The position numbers and the translations under genes are program-made. This document shows positions 30,866 to 41,583 of a stretch of DNA of 64,000 bases, piece after piece. Numbering within the stretch: the stretch's first letter is position 1; each line of letters starts with the position of its first letter. The DNA comes from an uncultured Pseudomonadales bacterium (lineage in GTDB: Bacteria > Patescibacteriota > Microgenomatia > UBA1400 > UBA12028): assembly GCA_964635905.1 (NCBI GenBank), contig CAZWPK010000002.1, forward strand, positions 141,621 to 205,620, in the 5' to 3' direction. The notes below the pieces were generated by a model that saw only the letters and a program-made list of their open reading frames with translations, was not told the DNA's origin and did not search any database.

Positions 30866-31861
30866 TCAGTTTTGAAAGACTGGCAGTAATTCGGGTTTAT
30901 GATAGGGAAGATACCAGGTACTTTCCTTGGCCCCATATTTATAAAACCCCACACCCATAATCGCTGGTGACTCTCGAAGAGTAGACAGTTCTTGTTGAAG
31001 CGTTGTTGCCTCAGGAAATACCCAGCCTTCGTGTGTACGCACTCCACCTACACCAATCAGCACTTTCACTGGTTGCTGGTCGCCGGATTGTAAGGTTGCA
31101 ACTTGGGACACTATTTCTGAGAGTGGTTGCGAGCGTTGCACTACCACAATATCGGCAAAGGGAACTGGTAAGTCTTTTAGACTTAGAGGCATGATACTGG
31201 AGTTTGATGCATCGATGGGCTGCTGGAGTGAAACAAGCACGGGATGTGTAGGATCAATCGCTTTCACCGATGCGTACGCAACTTCAAGTTGTAAAGACTT
31301 ATCTAGACTGGCAGCCTGGCTTGCGGTGTACACCAATTGTGGATCTGTTGTGTCCCAGGCGATCACTGCGGGGTGCGATTTCCATTGTTGTACCCAGCTG
31401 ACAACCGACTGCGTCGCTGCTGTCTCCCCTTGTGCTTCACTCTGCTGCACAAGGTTGGCACACTCCGTGGAGCCTTCCGACGTACGAATTTGGGCTGGCA
31501 AGATCACTCCCATACGAACACTTGCACTTTCATCCAATAAATACTTCACATCTTCGTCACGTGCACAGCTATCAAAGTCACCTTCAATGGCGGTTACCCC
31601 AATGGATCGTAAATACTCGAAATCTTGTCTGGATAATCCAAAATGTTCCAATGACGCATCACCGACATGAAAGAACACAGTCTTAAACGCATGAACGCGA
31701 ACATACGAAGCCGACACCGTTGATTGCGGATTCACGACTACCAAATCGGTTGTTAGCGCTAAGGGTTGTGAAGGTAGCTCCAACGTTGAGGGTCGGGGTG
31801 CCCCCAGTGTTAACCAGAATGAAAGTAGGATGGCAAGAAAGAACGAGACTAATTTTGCCAT
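30866..31861 (-). CDS. Secreted glycoside-hydrolase-like TIM barrel (clan-A-like, degenerate)
   Basis: L..IGV, WKSHPAVIAW, VKAIDPTHPV, AD(I)V; AGGAG SD. Confidence 0.6.
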   Translation of the reverse strand: MAKLVSFFLAILLSFWLTLGAPRPSTLELPSQPLALTTDLVVVNPQSTVSASYVRVHAFKTVFFHVGDASLEHFGLSRQDFEYLRSIGVTAIEGDFDSCARDEDVKYLLDESASVRMGVILPAQIRTSEGSTECANLVQQSEAQGETAATQSVVSWVQQWKSHPAVIAWDTTDPQLVYTASQAASLDKSLQLEVAYASVKAIDPTHPVLVSLQQPIDASNSSIMPLSLKDLPVPFADIVVVQRSQPLSEIVSQVATLQSGDQQPVKVLIGVGGVRTHEGWVFPEATTLQQELSTLRESPAIMGVGFYKYGAKESTWYLPYHKPELLPVFQN

Positions 31862-31896
31862 GTGCACACACTCCTATGGACTGTAGACCGCAAAGT

Positions 31897-34392
31897 TTAC
31901 GGCTTCAATCCAAATCGGACATTGTCGAGGTACAGTGTAAAGCCACTGTTCTCCAGAATGTAGTATTGCAGGCGAACCTTTGTCACTGCAGTACTGGATG
32001 GTGTATAGGTAAATTCAACCATTCCGTTGGTTGGCTGAAAGATGGCACCTTTCCATTGGCCGGAAACCCAGTCACCATTGGCGTTGTACTCATCAATATA
32101 GAAGCCAAATTCTCCAGTTGCCTGGGTGGTCTTCACATCTTGACGCCAAACATAGGTTGATTGATTGACCGCAATTAAATCACTGAAGAGATGCGCTCGA
32201 TAGGTTTGAGGGACGATGTGTAAGCTGTGTGTTCCCGCGGTGCCATTGGAGCTCGTATCCAATCCAAAAGCTACCATTAAGTCACTCACCCAGTTTGCAA
32301 CCCAGTTCGAACTTTCAATTTCAAAACTTGGATTCAGTACGAGGTTGACTGGCTCCGCACCCGGTGTTGGTGTGGGAGTCGGGGTAACCACTGGGGTTGC
32401 TGTTGGAGTTGGTGTCACTACAGGTGTCGCTGTTGGCGTCGGGGTAGGTGTGACCTCTGGCGTTGCAGTAGGCGTTGGCGTCGGGGTTGGTGTTGGAGTA
32501 ACCTCGGGTGTTGCACTCGGTGTCGGCGTTGGGGTAGCCGTTGGAGTTGCGGTTGGAGTCGCACTCGGAGTTGCAGTCGGGGTTGGGGTTACCAATACCG
32601 TTGAGGTGAATCGAATATTATCCATCAACAGGTTGAACACACTGTTTTCTAGGATGTAATACTGTAATCCAATCGTAATCACCGAAGCACTGGATGGGGT
32701 GTAGGAAATTTCCCAGGTTCCATTAAATGGTTGGAATACAGCTCCTTTCCATTGACCAGAAATCCAATCACCAGCGGCGTTGTATTCATCGATATAGAAC
32801 CCAAATTCACCCGTAGCTTGTGTGGTAGAGATATCTTGTTTCCAAGTATACGTTTGCATGGTCACTGGGATTTTTGCACTAAAGAGATGAGCACGGACTG
32901 CTTGCGGAATGACTTGGACACTATTGGTTCCATCCGTTCCCTGACTTGCAGTATTAAGCAAGAATGCAGTATCTAAACTTCGTGTCCAGTTGGCTGCAAA
33001 GTTACTTGCGACTGTCTCAAAACTTGGATTGAGTGCCAAGTTGGCAGAGTCTGTTGCAATCGGAGTTGCAGTAGGCGTTGGCGTCGGGATTGGCGTAGGT
33101 ATTGCCGTTGGAGTTGGCGTTGGTGTTGGGGTTGCAGTCGGAACCGGTGTACTCGTTGGCGCCGAGAGATTGTAGAGATTTTGGTTATCGGTGAAAACGG
33201 TACCCACAGCTCCTGCAGTTAGATAGGACTGTAGACTAAAGCGAGCAACCAAATTCGACGTTGCGCGAATCACTTTTTGGAAGAATCCAACTGTGTTGTT
33301 TGCAACTTTTCCAAGCCATTGGCCAGAAATCCAGTTGTTATTTGTGTCATATTCATCAAGATAAAAACCGAACTCTCCTGCGGTGAGTCCTGTCGTATTT
33401 GCGAATGCATCAACGAGATAATCAGAACTGGTACTCGCATCAATAGGATTAGAAAACAGATGGGATGCTGTAGCGGATCCTGTCATTTTTACGGCAGATG
33501 TCGGGTTGGGGAAATTACCATTGGAATTGGTATCCAACGTCACTTGTGGTGCATTTCCGACCGTCCAGCCTACGGTTAATCCTTGCTCGAATCCAGAGTT
33601 TGTCGTTAACGACGGACTATAGACATGAGTTTGATCTGCGACTCGGGTAACCTCAACTCCAGAAGCCAAGGCATAATCCGCAATTGCTCCTAAGTCCGCA
33701 CTAGTAGTGGTGTATTCATAGTTGGGGTTTAAAGTTGGGGCGACATGGTGGAACACCAAAATTAGCCATTGATTGTTTGCTTTAGCTGTATCGATGTATC
33801 CTTTTACTTGTGTCACTGTGGTATCAGAGTTCACTTGTTGCACTTTAAGCACAGCTTTTGTGCGTGGATATGTCTCATATCCCAAATCAGCGAAACCTCT
33901 ATGTGATTCGTAATATTTAAGCACTTGAATCAACACTTGGTTGTTATAGGCACCAAAGGGAGAAGCAAAGTTGGTGACATTGAGGTCGTGTGCTTGAAAG
34001 TCAGCACTAGACGAGGCGAGTTGCGCTTGCACTTGCGCAGTAGTCAGTGTGGGAAGTTCAAGATGGGTCGCAGTGTGACCACCGATTTCCCAGCCATAGG
34101 TATTTTGCAAACTTTGAACTTGTGCCCAGGACATTGCGGGAAGATTGTCATCATCCGTCACTCCTGTGTTGATAAATCCAGAGCTTACATAGACAGTAGC
34201 CTTGACGTTTCGTGCGGATAAGACGGGGAGTGCGTGGGTATAGGTCGAAAGAAATCCATCATCAAAAGTGAATGAAACTTTAGCACCTCCTGTGGAGGTT
34301 TGAGCATGAACTGGAATGCTTTGCTGTAATGCAAAGACTGTTAAACCAGCCACAATGAAAAAAACGGAGACAATTTTGTTAATAAGTTTCAT
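31897..34392 (-). CDS. Secreted CE4 polysaccharide deacetylase with three CBM4/9-like modules and PT linkers
   Basis: TFDDG, H(T)ATH, FASPFG, LVFH; repeated N.SFE...GEFGFY.DEY...WISGQW.G modules. Confidence 0.9.
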   Translation of the reverse strand: MKLINKIVSVFFIVAGLTVFALQQSIPVHAQTSTGGAKVSFTFDDGFLSTYTHALPVLSARNVKATVYVSSGFINTGVTDDDNLPAMSWAQVQSLQNTYGWEIGGHTATHLELPTLTTAQVQAQLASSSADFQAHDLNVTNFASPFGAYNNQVLIQVLKYYESHRGFADLGYETYPRTKAVLKVQQVNSDTTVTQVKGYIDTAKANNQWLILVFHHVAPTLNPNYEYTTTSADLGAIADYALASGVEVTRVADQTHVYSPSLTTNSGFEQGLTVGWTVGNAPQVTLDTNSNGNFPNPTSAVKMTGSATASHLFSNPIDASTSSDYLVDAFANTTGLTAGEFGFYLDEYDTNNNWISGQWLGKVANNTVGFFQKVIRATSNLVARFSLQSYLTAGAVGTVFTDNQNLYNLSAPTSTPVPTATPTPTPTPTAIPTPIPTPTPTATPIATDSANLALNPSFETVASNFAANWTRSLDTAFLLNTASQGTDGTNSVQVIPQAVRAHLFSAKIPVTMQTYTWKQDISTTQATGEFGFYIDEYNAAGDWISGQWKGAVFQPFNGTWEISYTPSSASVITIGLQYYILENSVFNLLMDNIRFTSTVLVTPTPTATPSATPTATPTATPTPTPSATPEVTPTPTPTPTPTATPEVTPTPTPTATPVVTPTPTATPVVTPTPTPTPGAEPVNLVLNPSFEIESSNWVANWVSDLMVAFGLDTSSNGTAGTHSLHIVPQTYRAHLFSDLIAVNQSTYVWRQDVKTTQATGEFGFYIDEYNANGDWVSGQWKGAIFQPTNGMVEFTYTPSSTAVTKVRLQYYILENSGFTLYLDNVRFGLKP
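32355..32592 (-). repeat. Pro-Thr linker repeat (TPTPTATP(E/V)V units)
   Basis: Low-complexity GTTGG/GTCGG periodic DNA between CBM modules; shorter copy at about 33055-33160. Confidence 0.9.
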
Positions 34393-35029
34393 AGCAATTT
34401 GTGGTCAATGATAGTAATTTAGCTCGTAGCGTATAGCTTTTTTGATATAACGTCTTCCCTGTAGACACAAGTGTCAGAGTGGGAGTCTCACTGGTAGCGA
34501 ATAATACACTAGTTTGCACCGTTCGTACAGCGAGCTCTGAAACTGCATAGGTCGCGGTGTAGTCTTTGGAGGACAGAATAATGGTATCGTTAAGTTTCAA
34601 TTTTCGGATTGGACCGAGTACAGCTTCAGAGTCTGTCCCATAGATCCCGACGTTCCCTCGTTTGTCGTGAATCTTGTGTGTTTGCAGGGAGTAGATTGCA
34701 GAACTGGTCGCAATTGGAGCATTCACATCATGCGTTGGAACAGAGGTCACGGACAGGGTTTTAGAAACTGCAGGAATCGACATGTTGGTCGGTACAAATC
34801 CCCCGGAGGTCAGTGCAACGGCCGAAGGTGTGCAGGAAATCGCGGGAGCGGGAGTAGACAGAGCAACTCGTCCATTTCGAGCCGAGATAGTCACGTTTTG
34901 TCCCAACTCAACGATGCCTTTTAACAGCATGATGATGGGAATAATTGAAATCACAATCAAGATAATTGACGAGGGATCAACCGTTGATTTTGGAGCTGGA
35001 ACTGGAAGCTGTGTAGTCTCTTTTTTCAT
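34379..35029 (-). CDS. Sortase-fold protein lacking catalytic residues
   Basis: GNVGIYGT (His absent), L..GD.I-like LKLNDTI, TLTLVST (Cys absent). Confidence 0.65.
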   Translation of the reverse strand: MKKETTQLPVPAPKSTVDPSSIILIVISIIPIIMLLKGIVELGQNVTISARNGRVALSTPAPAISCTPSAVALTSGGFVPTNMSIPAVSKTLSVTSVPTHDVNAPIATSSAIYSLQTHKIHDKRGNVGIYGTDSEAVLGPIRKLKLNDTIILSSKDYTATYAVSELAVRTVQTSVLFATSETPTLTLVSTGKTLYQKSYTLRAKLLSLTTNCYETY

Positions 35030-35030
35030 G

Positions 35031-35186
35031 CTATTTGTTAAATAAATATCGGAAGAAATACGAGGTAATCAACCCTAAGTTGATCAAGGTAATGACCAAA
35101 AATCCCATCAGAATAGCCGGATGTGCATGTCCTGCAACCAAGATGGTTGCAAACCCTAAAAATCCACCGCGGACGTAACTGTTCAT
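35031..35186 (-). CDS. Small hydrophobic protein (51 aa), below the ORF-track cutoff
   Basis: AAGGAG SD; ATG overlaps the GT2 stop (ATGA); MNSYVRGGFLGFATILVAGHAHPAILMGFLVITLINLGLITSYFFRYLFNK; stop 1 nt before the next start. Confidence 0.7.
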   Translation of the reverse strand: MNSYVRGGFLGFATILVAGHAHPAILMGFLVITLINLGLITSYFFRYLFNK

Positions 35187-36412
35187 AGTTCTCCTTTTTG
35201 AGCCCGAGTACCCCAGTGTTCTACATATCCGACTCGTGCAAATCCTTTCAAGCCTGCCTGGTATGGTCTGTGCAATACTGTGAAAGGGCGGATAAGATAG
35301 CGTACTGCAACGTTATACAGCAAGTAGATATAGCAACCTAAGAGCACCATGGTAATCACGTTGCTATACAGTAACTCTGGGAGGATCGTTAATCGCAAAA
35401 TCCAATCCTTTTTGTCACGGTCTTCATAAAAAAACATGGTTACTAGGCCAAAAACGTAGGAAAACAAGAATTGAAGCAAAGATAAAAACACGATAACCTG
35501 AACCCAGACACTTTGCATGGATTCCGGTTGATAGAAGACCAAGGAAATAATGATCAACGAGAGTAACGTGGTAAAGGTGGTATGACCAATCAAATCCTGA
35601 AGAATAGCGGGTAAAAATCCGATATGGTCCTTGACTACGATAATACCCCAGTAACCCCAGCGGACGCGTTGTTTCCACAGTGATGCTAAATTCTCTGGCA
35701 CATCGGTCCAGGCTTGTGCATCCTTGGCAATTGCTACTTTCCATCCTGCGCGCTTTACTCTCGCGGTAATGTCATAGTCTTCAATTAAATGGTGCAATGC
35801 AAATCCATTCACCTTGGCTAGGGTTTCGGAACGAAACGCAGTCAACATTCCTTGCATCACCAGCGGTCCATGCATAAAATTGTTATCCGCAATTTTTGTG
35901 ATGGTAAATCCAAAGTATTCCAACCCTTGTAAACGGGTCAGAATATTCTTGTGTTTATTTTTAACTAGGGATCGTGAACAGACAGCCCCGATATCATCCT
36001 TTGAAAACAGTGTTTCTACCATTTGGGGCAAGGTATGCTGATTGATGCCGATATCGTCATCACAAGTTAATATGACGTCAGGAATGCGCTTCCAGGAAAG
36101 CACGTGGTCTATTCCTAGATTTAAAGCACCGGATTTATGACTGTTTTGGATTGTGCGTAAGCAGGTAATTTGTGCACTCTTCGCAGCGCGAAATTCAATT
36201 TGTGTAAATATCTTATGTTCTTTGGTGCGTTTGGGGATACTGTCATTAATGACAATAACTTTGACCGACGGGTAGTGTGTTGACAACGTATCAAGCAAAT
36301 CAAGCGTTGTTTTCCCAGGCTTGTAGGTTGGGATGATAATCGCAATATGCTTTTTAAAAAAAATGTGGTCTGCGGACAGGGCAGCTGATTTGTGATGGGT
36401 AACTTGTCTCAT
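35183..36412 (-). CDS. Processive GT2 synthase (IcaA/PgaC/chitin-synthase-like)
   Basis: IIPTY, KSGALN, DDD, LTRLQ.LEY, IEDYD, QRVRW, C-terminal TMs. Confidence 0.88.
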   Translation of the reverse strand: MRQVTHHKSAALSADHIFFKKHIAIIIPTYKPGKTTLDLLDTLSTHYPSVKVIVINDSIPKRTKEHKIFTQIEFRAAKSAQITCLRTIQNSHKSGALNLGIDHVLSWKRIPDVILTCDDDIGINQHTLPQMVETLFSKDDIGAVCSRSLVKNKHKNILTRLQGLEYFGFTITKIADNNFMHGPLVMQGMLTAFRSETLAKVNGFALHHLIEDYDITARVKRAGWKVAIAKDAQAWTDVPENLASLWKQRVRWGYWGIIVVKDHIGFLPAILQDLIGHTTFTTLLSLIIISLVFYQPESMQSVWVQVIVFLSLLQFLFSYVFGLVTMFFYEDRDKKDWILRLTILPELLYSNVITMVLLGCYIYLLYNVAVRYLIRPFTVLHRPYQAGLKGFARVGYVEHWGTRAQKGEL

Positions 36413-36504
36413 AACGTAGTACGGTAGATGATTCACTCTTACTATTACCAACTTTCTTAAGCTTATAATAGCGAGGGTCAATAGTCTTATAATTGTCAAG
36501 GGTG

Positions 36505-36533
36505 ATTATATCAGGAACGTTGAATATTTCAAC
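36505..36533 (-). promoter_or_regulatory. Promoter TTGAAA-16-TATAAT for the GT2 operon, overlapped by palindrome GTTGAA-TAT-TTCAAC
   Basis: Read directly on the minus strand. Confidence 0.45.
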
Positions 36534-36902
36534 CTTTGATTTTACTTACATCTCCTTAAGCTTGATTTGAAATACCAGATCTAGCCAGTTCAAGCAATTG
36601 CTCTTGCCATAGTATAGACAATTGGTGCGATTTGAAAAGAATGACTTTTTGTCGCAACTACACTCGAGAACAATGCGACAATGTGTCATTGCTGAACCAC
36701 GCTAAGTTCTATTTACCCTTTACATCCTACTTTTTTAAATCTTTAGAATACACAGAACTCGGTATTAGGAATGTAACACTATCATTTATAAGCTCGTTAC
36801 CCACTATCCCTTATGAGTGTTTTTTGAGGCTTTCAAGTGTCTTATAATTGACAAATAACCGCAGAATAGATCTTACGTCGGGATCCTGTATACTATCACT
36901 CT

Positions 36903-37874
36903 ATGATCATGGTTATTGGGGGTGCAGGGTACATCGGTTCCCATGTGGTATTACAGTTAGCCTCGAAGTCCGACACGGTCGTGGTTGTCGATAACCTTTC
37001 GACTGGATCTAAAGAGGCTCTCCAGCATCAAGAGACGCTGGAAGTAGTTGATCTCTCCGATACTCAAGCTTTGGAACACGTCTTTACTACCTATAAACCG
37101 GAAACGGTTCTTCATTTTGCAGCCAGTCTAGATGTAGGTGAATCCGTACAAAATCCTATCAAGTACTACCAAAATAATACAATGAATACGTTGCGCATTC
37201 TCGATCACTGTGTGCGCCATAATGTCAAAAACCTCATCTTCTCCAGTACGGCTGCAGTCTACGGTTCTACTGGTAATACGCCGGTAAAAGAAACAGATCC
37301 CACCAGTCCTCTTAGTCCGTATGGATGGTCAAAACTCATGAGTGAGCGCATGATCATGGACTCAGCAGCCGCCAGTAGTCTTCGCTATGCTATTTTGCGC
37401 TACTTTAATGTTGCCGGGGCTGATCCAATGGGATGCATTGGACAACGCAGTCCGAAAGCACATCACTTGATTAAAGTATGTCTGGAAGTTGCACTTGGAA
37501 AACGCGATCATGTTGATGTGTATGGAACTGATTATGACACCAAGGATGGGACTGGGGTACGCGATTACATTCATGTGATGGATCTTGCCTCCGCTCATAT
37601 CTCTGCCCTTCAGTTTTTGAGAAGTGGAAAAAAGTCTAATCTCTTCAATGTGGGATACGGCTGTGGGTATAGCGTTCGACAAATCATTCAAACTGTTGAA
37701 AAAGTCACAGGAAAAACGATTGCAGTACGAGAATGTCCCCGACGATCTGGAGACAGTGGTCAGACCATTGCTGATAGCAGTAAATTGAAAGCTTCAACAG
37801 ACTGGACACCAGAATATGCAGATATCGAACAAATCATTGCATCCGCATGGAACTGGGAACAAAAACTACTCTAA
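36903..37874 (+). CDS. galE: UDP-glucose 4-epimerase
   Basis: GGAGYIGSH, FSSTAAVYG, YGWSK, LRYFNVAGA, DGTGVRDYIHV. Confidence 0.95.
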   Translation: MIMVIGGAGYIGSHVVLQLASKSDTVVVVDNLSTGSKEALQHQETLEVVDLSDTQALEHVFTTYKPETVLHFAASLDVGESVQNPIKYYQNNTMNTLRILDHCVRHNVKNLIFSSTAAVYGSTGNTPVKETDPTSPLSPYGWSKLMSERMIMDSAAASSLRYAILRYFNVAGADPMGCIGQRSPKAHHLIKVCLEVALGKRDHVDVYGTDYDTKDGTGVRDYIHVMDLASAHISALQFLRSGKKSNLFNVGYGCGYSVRQIIQTVEKVTGKTIAVRECPRRSGDSGQTIADSSKLKASTDWTPEYADIEQIIASAWNWEQKLL

Positions 37875-37895
37875 TTTCTGAAAAACTATTTCAAA

Positions 37896-38666
37896 CTACA
37901 CTTTATGCACAACGCGCGATGGGGCGGCAGTGCTGGTCTGGTTATACGCTTCTAACTGTTCTTTTGTGTTAATGCCGGTACCGACCAGATCAAAAGGAAT
38001 TTCGTGTGCAACAACTTTTCTTCCTTGCTCATTGGCGATGTGAATAAAATCTGTCAGATAATATTCTTGAGTTACAGATGATTTTTTCAGTTTTCTCCAA
38101 TTTTTCTTCAAAAACTCAAAGTCAAAACAGTAAAATCCAGCATTAATCTCTTTAATCTTGCGCTGTTCATCGGATGCATCTTTTTGCTCAATAATGAAAT
38201 CTACGTCACCGTTCGCTTTGCGGACGATTCGACCAAATGCTTCTTTATTTGGCTCTTGAACAGTTGCTGTAATCAGAGTGACAGCTGCATTGTTGGCTAC
38301 ATGAGTCGTTCGCATCTGCTCAATCGTTTCTGGGGTATAAGACATCATGTGGTCTCCATATCCTAAAAAGACAGTCGTTGGATGAATATCTGACTTTAAT
38401 AGATTTCGCATCACCACTTGAAGAGCATGACCTGTTCCAAGTCTCTTTCGTTGATGAACGTAGATAACCTGAGGGTCATTAATGACGGCTTTCACACTTT
38501 GAGAAAAAGCGCCTACCACAACAAATGTGTGATCCACTGTACGCTGGAAAAGTTCGACTCCATACACTACGAGAGGCTTACCCTGTAATTTGAGTGAAGT
38601 CTTGTTTTGTTCTTTGCATTTTAACCGAGATCCTTTCCCGGCCGCTAAGATGATTCCAATGTCCAT
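37896..38666 (-). CDS. GlmU-like sugar-1-phosphate nucleotidyltransferase (N-terminal domain only)
   Basis: ILAAGKGSR, Q.KRLGTGHA, GRIVR, IIEQKDA, EINAG.Y, EYYLTD; no hexapeptide domain. Confidence 0.85.
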   Translation of the reverse strand: MDIGIILAAGKGSRLKCKEQNKTSLKLQGKPLVVYGVELFQRTVDHTFVVVGAFSQSVKAVINDPQVIYVHQRKRLGTGHALQVVMRNLLKSDIHPTTVFLGYGDHMMSYTPETIEQMRTTHVANNAAVTLITATVQEPNKEAFGRIVRKANGDVDFIIEQKDASDEQRKIKEINAGFYCFDFEFLKKNWRKLKKSSVTQEYYLTDFIHIANEQGRKVVAHEIPFDLVGTGINTKEQLEAYNQTSTAAPSRVVHKV

Positions 38667-38766
38667 ATCGTTACTCTTTTCTCTTATAGGCTTTATCTAC
38701 TTGGTGCGTATGATAAAATACGATTCAGAGATTATATCTCATATTAATCTTTTTTCAATAAAGATT

Positions 38767-39897
38767 ATGATGCATAGCCAAGAATCACCATATTCTTTCT
38801 TAGCCCCTCCGGGAAGACTTTCTGTGTTCACCAAACAAGCTGGATTTGTAAACTCACAGCCAAGAATCTCTGTTGCAGAGGCCGTTGCACGACAAAATAC
38901 TCCGAATTATTTACTAGAGCACTTCTTTGGCCGAAGAACTCAAATTCTTCAATTGATTCCCAAAGGTAGTGCGGGGGATGTCTGCATTATGGTGCCTACT
39001 AGTCCTTACACCGAAGGAACCTCGATGGTGGTTGCATCGGACCACAATATCCCGCCCGACCCAGACACAAAGAAGCTTATTCCAGCTCGGAAAATCTATG
39101 ATTATCCGAATCGCCTTCAGGAAACCTACTGGGCATCAATCTTGAGCTCACTGCGCTACTACCAACAACACAGTGAGGCACTTTTTCCATCAGAGCCGAA
39201 CAGTCAAGGCGGGAAAGTCATTGCAATCGAAAATTCGATGTCAGCAATTTCTAGCCTTCGGTATCGTACCCCACGCTCCATTGCAATACCGCACACGCAT
39301 ATTGTTCCTATTAATTATGCTCAGATTCAACCAGCCGAGAACAATAGTTGGCATTTACGTTTAGAACAACGAATTTTCCGGATGCTATCGCATTCAGAAT
39401 ATCCTCCGGATCAGCAGGTCTGGGATCTTCTGTCACCTGAAATTCAACAATTATTTTCTAGTAAGATGGAACCGCACCTCCTTCCTCCTTATGGATATGC
39501 TTTTTCCCTACCTGCAGATATATCCACAGCAAACTTTACCAGACTAATGTTCGCACATAATCAAGCGTATTGCAGTGTAAACACAAAACTCCTTGAACAA
39601 TTCTCCTTCTACAAAAAGAGAGACGATGATCCTGTATTCTATTATTATTATCGAGAACCAAATAAACAGCCGACGTATATGCCGCCAGAATCTTACCGAG
39701 TTTATATTGAACGTCAACAAGATTCGATCGTTGTACGTATCTCTCCGGCTTTTATCTCACACGCAGGAGTAATGGAAAGTATGGGGATTGAACTGCATCG
39801 AAGCCCTGATAATCCCAGAATGCTTTCCGAGCAACAAGTTGATCAGTTTCTAGATGGTTTTAGAATTTCATTAAATGGAAAGTTCATGCGGGATTAA
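38767..39897 (+). CDS. Hypothetical protein with HIT/GalT-like HxH motif
   Basis: RSIAIPHTHIVP; likely start ATG 38767. Confidence 0.55.
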   Translation: MMHSQESPYSFLAPPGRLSVFTKQAGFVNSQPRISVAEAVARQNTPNYLLEHFFGRRTQILQLIPKGSAGDVCIMVPTSPYTEGTSMVVASDHNIPPDPDTKKLIPARKIYDYPNRLQETYWASILSSLRYYQQHSEALFPSEPNSQGGKVIAIENSMSAISSLRYRTPRSIAIPHTHIVPINYAQIQPAENNSWHLRLEQRIFRMLSHSEYPPDQQVWDLLSPEIQQLFSSKMEPHLLPPYGYAFSLPADISTANFTRLMFAHNQAYCSVNTKLLEQFSFYKKRDDDPVFYYYYREPNKQPTYMPPESYRVYIERQQDSIVVRISPAFISHAGVMESMGIELHRSPDNPRMLSEQQVDQFLDGFRISLNGKFMRD

Positions 39898-40200
39898 TAA
39901 TCACGTTGCATGACTGGAACATCAACCTAATCAGTCCTGCTCCTAGATTACCTCCTCACACTATTCTCCTATAGCTATTTGTTTAAAAAAGAAAATATTG
40001 TGGTTTCGTGCCTATTCATTTGATTTTTACTCCTATGTAATACTTCTACTTATACCCACAACAATAAGACTCACATTATTATTGTCACCTTAACTAAACC
40101 TATATTGTTGTTATATTCAAAATATATGTTATAATCTCCCCCAAGATACCCGAAATAGGTATTAATGTGTCTCACTACATCCATTAAAGGAGTACAGACT

Positions 40201-41583
40201 ATGCGAAAGCTCGTTACCCTTTTTGCAATTTTCCTATTTGGAATTGCCGTTTTTTCACTCTTTAGCCAGCCTGCACAAGCCAGACGCCACCGTGACAACT
40301 GTGGACGTGGTTTCGTTGAGAAAATCGATGGACCAGGTACGGTCGTCTATGATGGTGACGATGATATTAATTCTATTTTCATTAAAACCTATGACGATCA
40401 TGAGGATGACTGTCAGGAATTTTACGAAGACGACAATGACGGTTGTTATGATGTTTCCGGTCTTGGTACCTCTACCGTCACTGTAACCAAGGTGGGAAAC
40501 CATCATTGTGCAGATATTGACCACGTTGAGTTCTATACCTTTGCCTGTGAAGAGGAGGAAGAGGAAGAAGAGCCAACGCCAACACCAACCCCTCGACCTA
40601 CCCCAACACCGACTCCAACTCCAAGAACGGATATTCCTGGACTTTCCTGTCCCGCCGGGATGGTGAAGTACAGTTTGAATAGTTCCCCTTATACCTTAAC
40701 CACTTGGGAACCCTTAAAAGGTTATGGAATTACCCTCCCCGCAACCAGTCAAGTTGTGATCAAAGTTGCAAGTATGGTCGGACACCCTGATCAAGGATGT
40801 CAGTCAGGTTCTTCCAACGAAGCTGGCAAATATCCTTGTGACCAGGGACAAAACCACGAAGAATTCAATGTGTTTGTTGATGATGTGCAATCTGGATTTG
40901 CATCGGATCATGGAGAAGATAAGTGGCAAACATTTTCTTTCCCATTAAGTTTAGCTCTCTCTAAAGGATGGCACCAAATCAATTTCCGCCACACGGAACT
41001 TGGAAAACCTGAGAAACAGAGCGTCGACTTTATTGCCGCTGTCTGTGCGGGACCAATGCCGACTGCAACCCCACAACCAAGTAGTACACCGGCCCCTTCT
41101 CCTACACCCAGTGCAACAGCAGGATTAGGAAAACAATCAAAACTCGCAGTCACATCCGTAAGTTGCTCTCAGCAAAATATGGATGCAATTGCTGAACTGT
41201 TTGAAGATGGCAAACCAGTTGAAAATGTAACAGTGAAGTTCATTTACAACAACGAAGCAAAATTTGCCAAAACCAATAAAGATGGAAAAGCAGTGGTTCA
41301 ATACGGATACCGCAATAACTCGGATCTCAAAATCGAACCGGAGCAAGGCTATCCATACCAGCTCCATCACGTACAGGCAAATCTGAACTGTCCTGCAACG
41401 AGTACTGGTTCCGTCTTAGGGACCACGACAAGTGTCGGAAAGATTGCCAGTGGCGTTACCACTGGAGAGATCAAAGGCATGGCAGCCACTGGTATTGCGC
41501 AAGACTTGATCATGAGCATGGTAGGATTAACTGGAGCACTGTTTTCAGCTGCTTCACTACGCCTCTATGCCAAGAAAAACTAA
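40201..41583 (+). CDS. Sortase-sorted surface protein
   Basis: AGGAG SD, signal peptide, Asp/Cys-rich N-domain, PT linkers, Ig-like domain, MAATG + TM + KKN tail. Confidence 0.8.
   Translation: MRKLVTLFAIFLFGIAVFSLFSQPAQARRHRDNCGRGFVEKIDGPGTVVYDGDDDINSIFIKTYDDHEDDCQEFYEDDNDGCYDVSGLGTSTVTVTKVGNHHCADIDHVEFYTFACEEEEEEEEPTPTPTPRPTPTPTPTPRTDIPGLSCPAGMVKYSLNSSPYTLTTWEPLKGYGITLPATSQVVIKVASMVGHPDQGCQSGSSNEAGKYPCDQGQNHEEFNVFVDDVQSGFASDHGEDKWQTFSFPLSLALSKGWHQINFRHTELGKPEKQSVDFIAAVCAGPMPTATPQPSSTPAPSPTPSATAGLGKQSKLAVTSVSCSQQNMDAIAELFEDGKPVENVTVKFIYNNEAKFAKTNKDGKAVVQYGYRNNSDLKIEPEQGYPYQLHHVQANLNCPATSTGSVLGTTTSVGKIASGVTTGEIKGMAATGIAQDLIMSMVGLTGALFSAASLRLYAKKN

Noticed and set aside
31900-33050. Duplicated CBM modules as a possible DGR template/variable pair
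   Set aside because: Both copies are in-frame domains of one protein, differences are not adenine-specific, and no reverse transcriptase is in the window.
32216-33175. GV-repeat ORFs and periodic DNA suggesting a repeat array or CRISPR
   Set aside because: These are antisense shadows of Pro-Thr linkers; there is no constant repeat with unique spacers and no cas gene. The same applies at 51756-52580.
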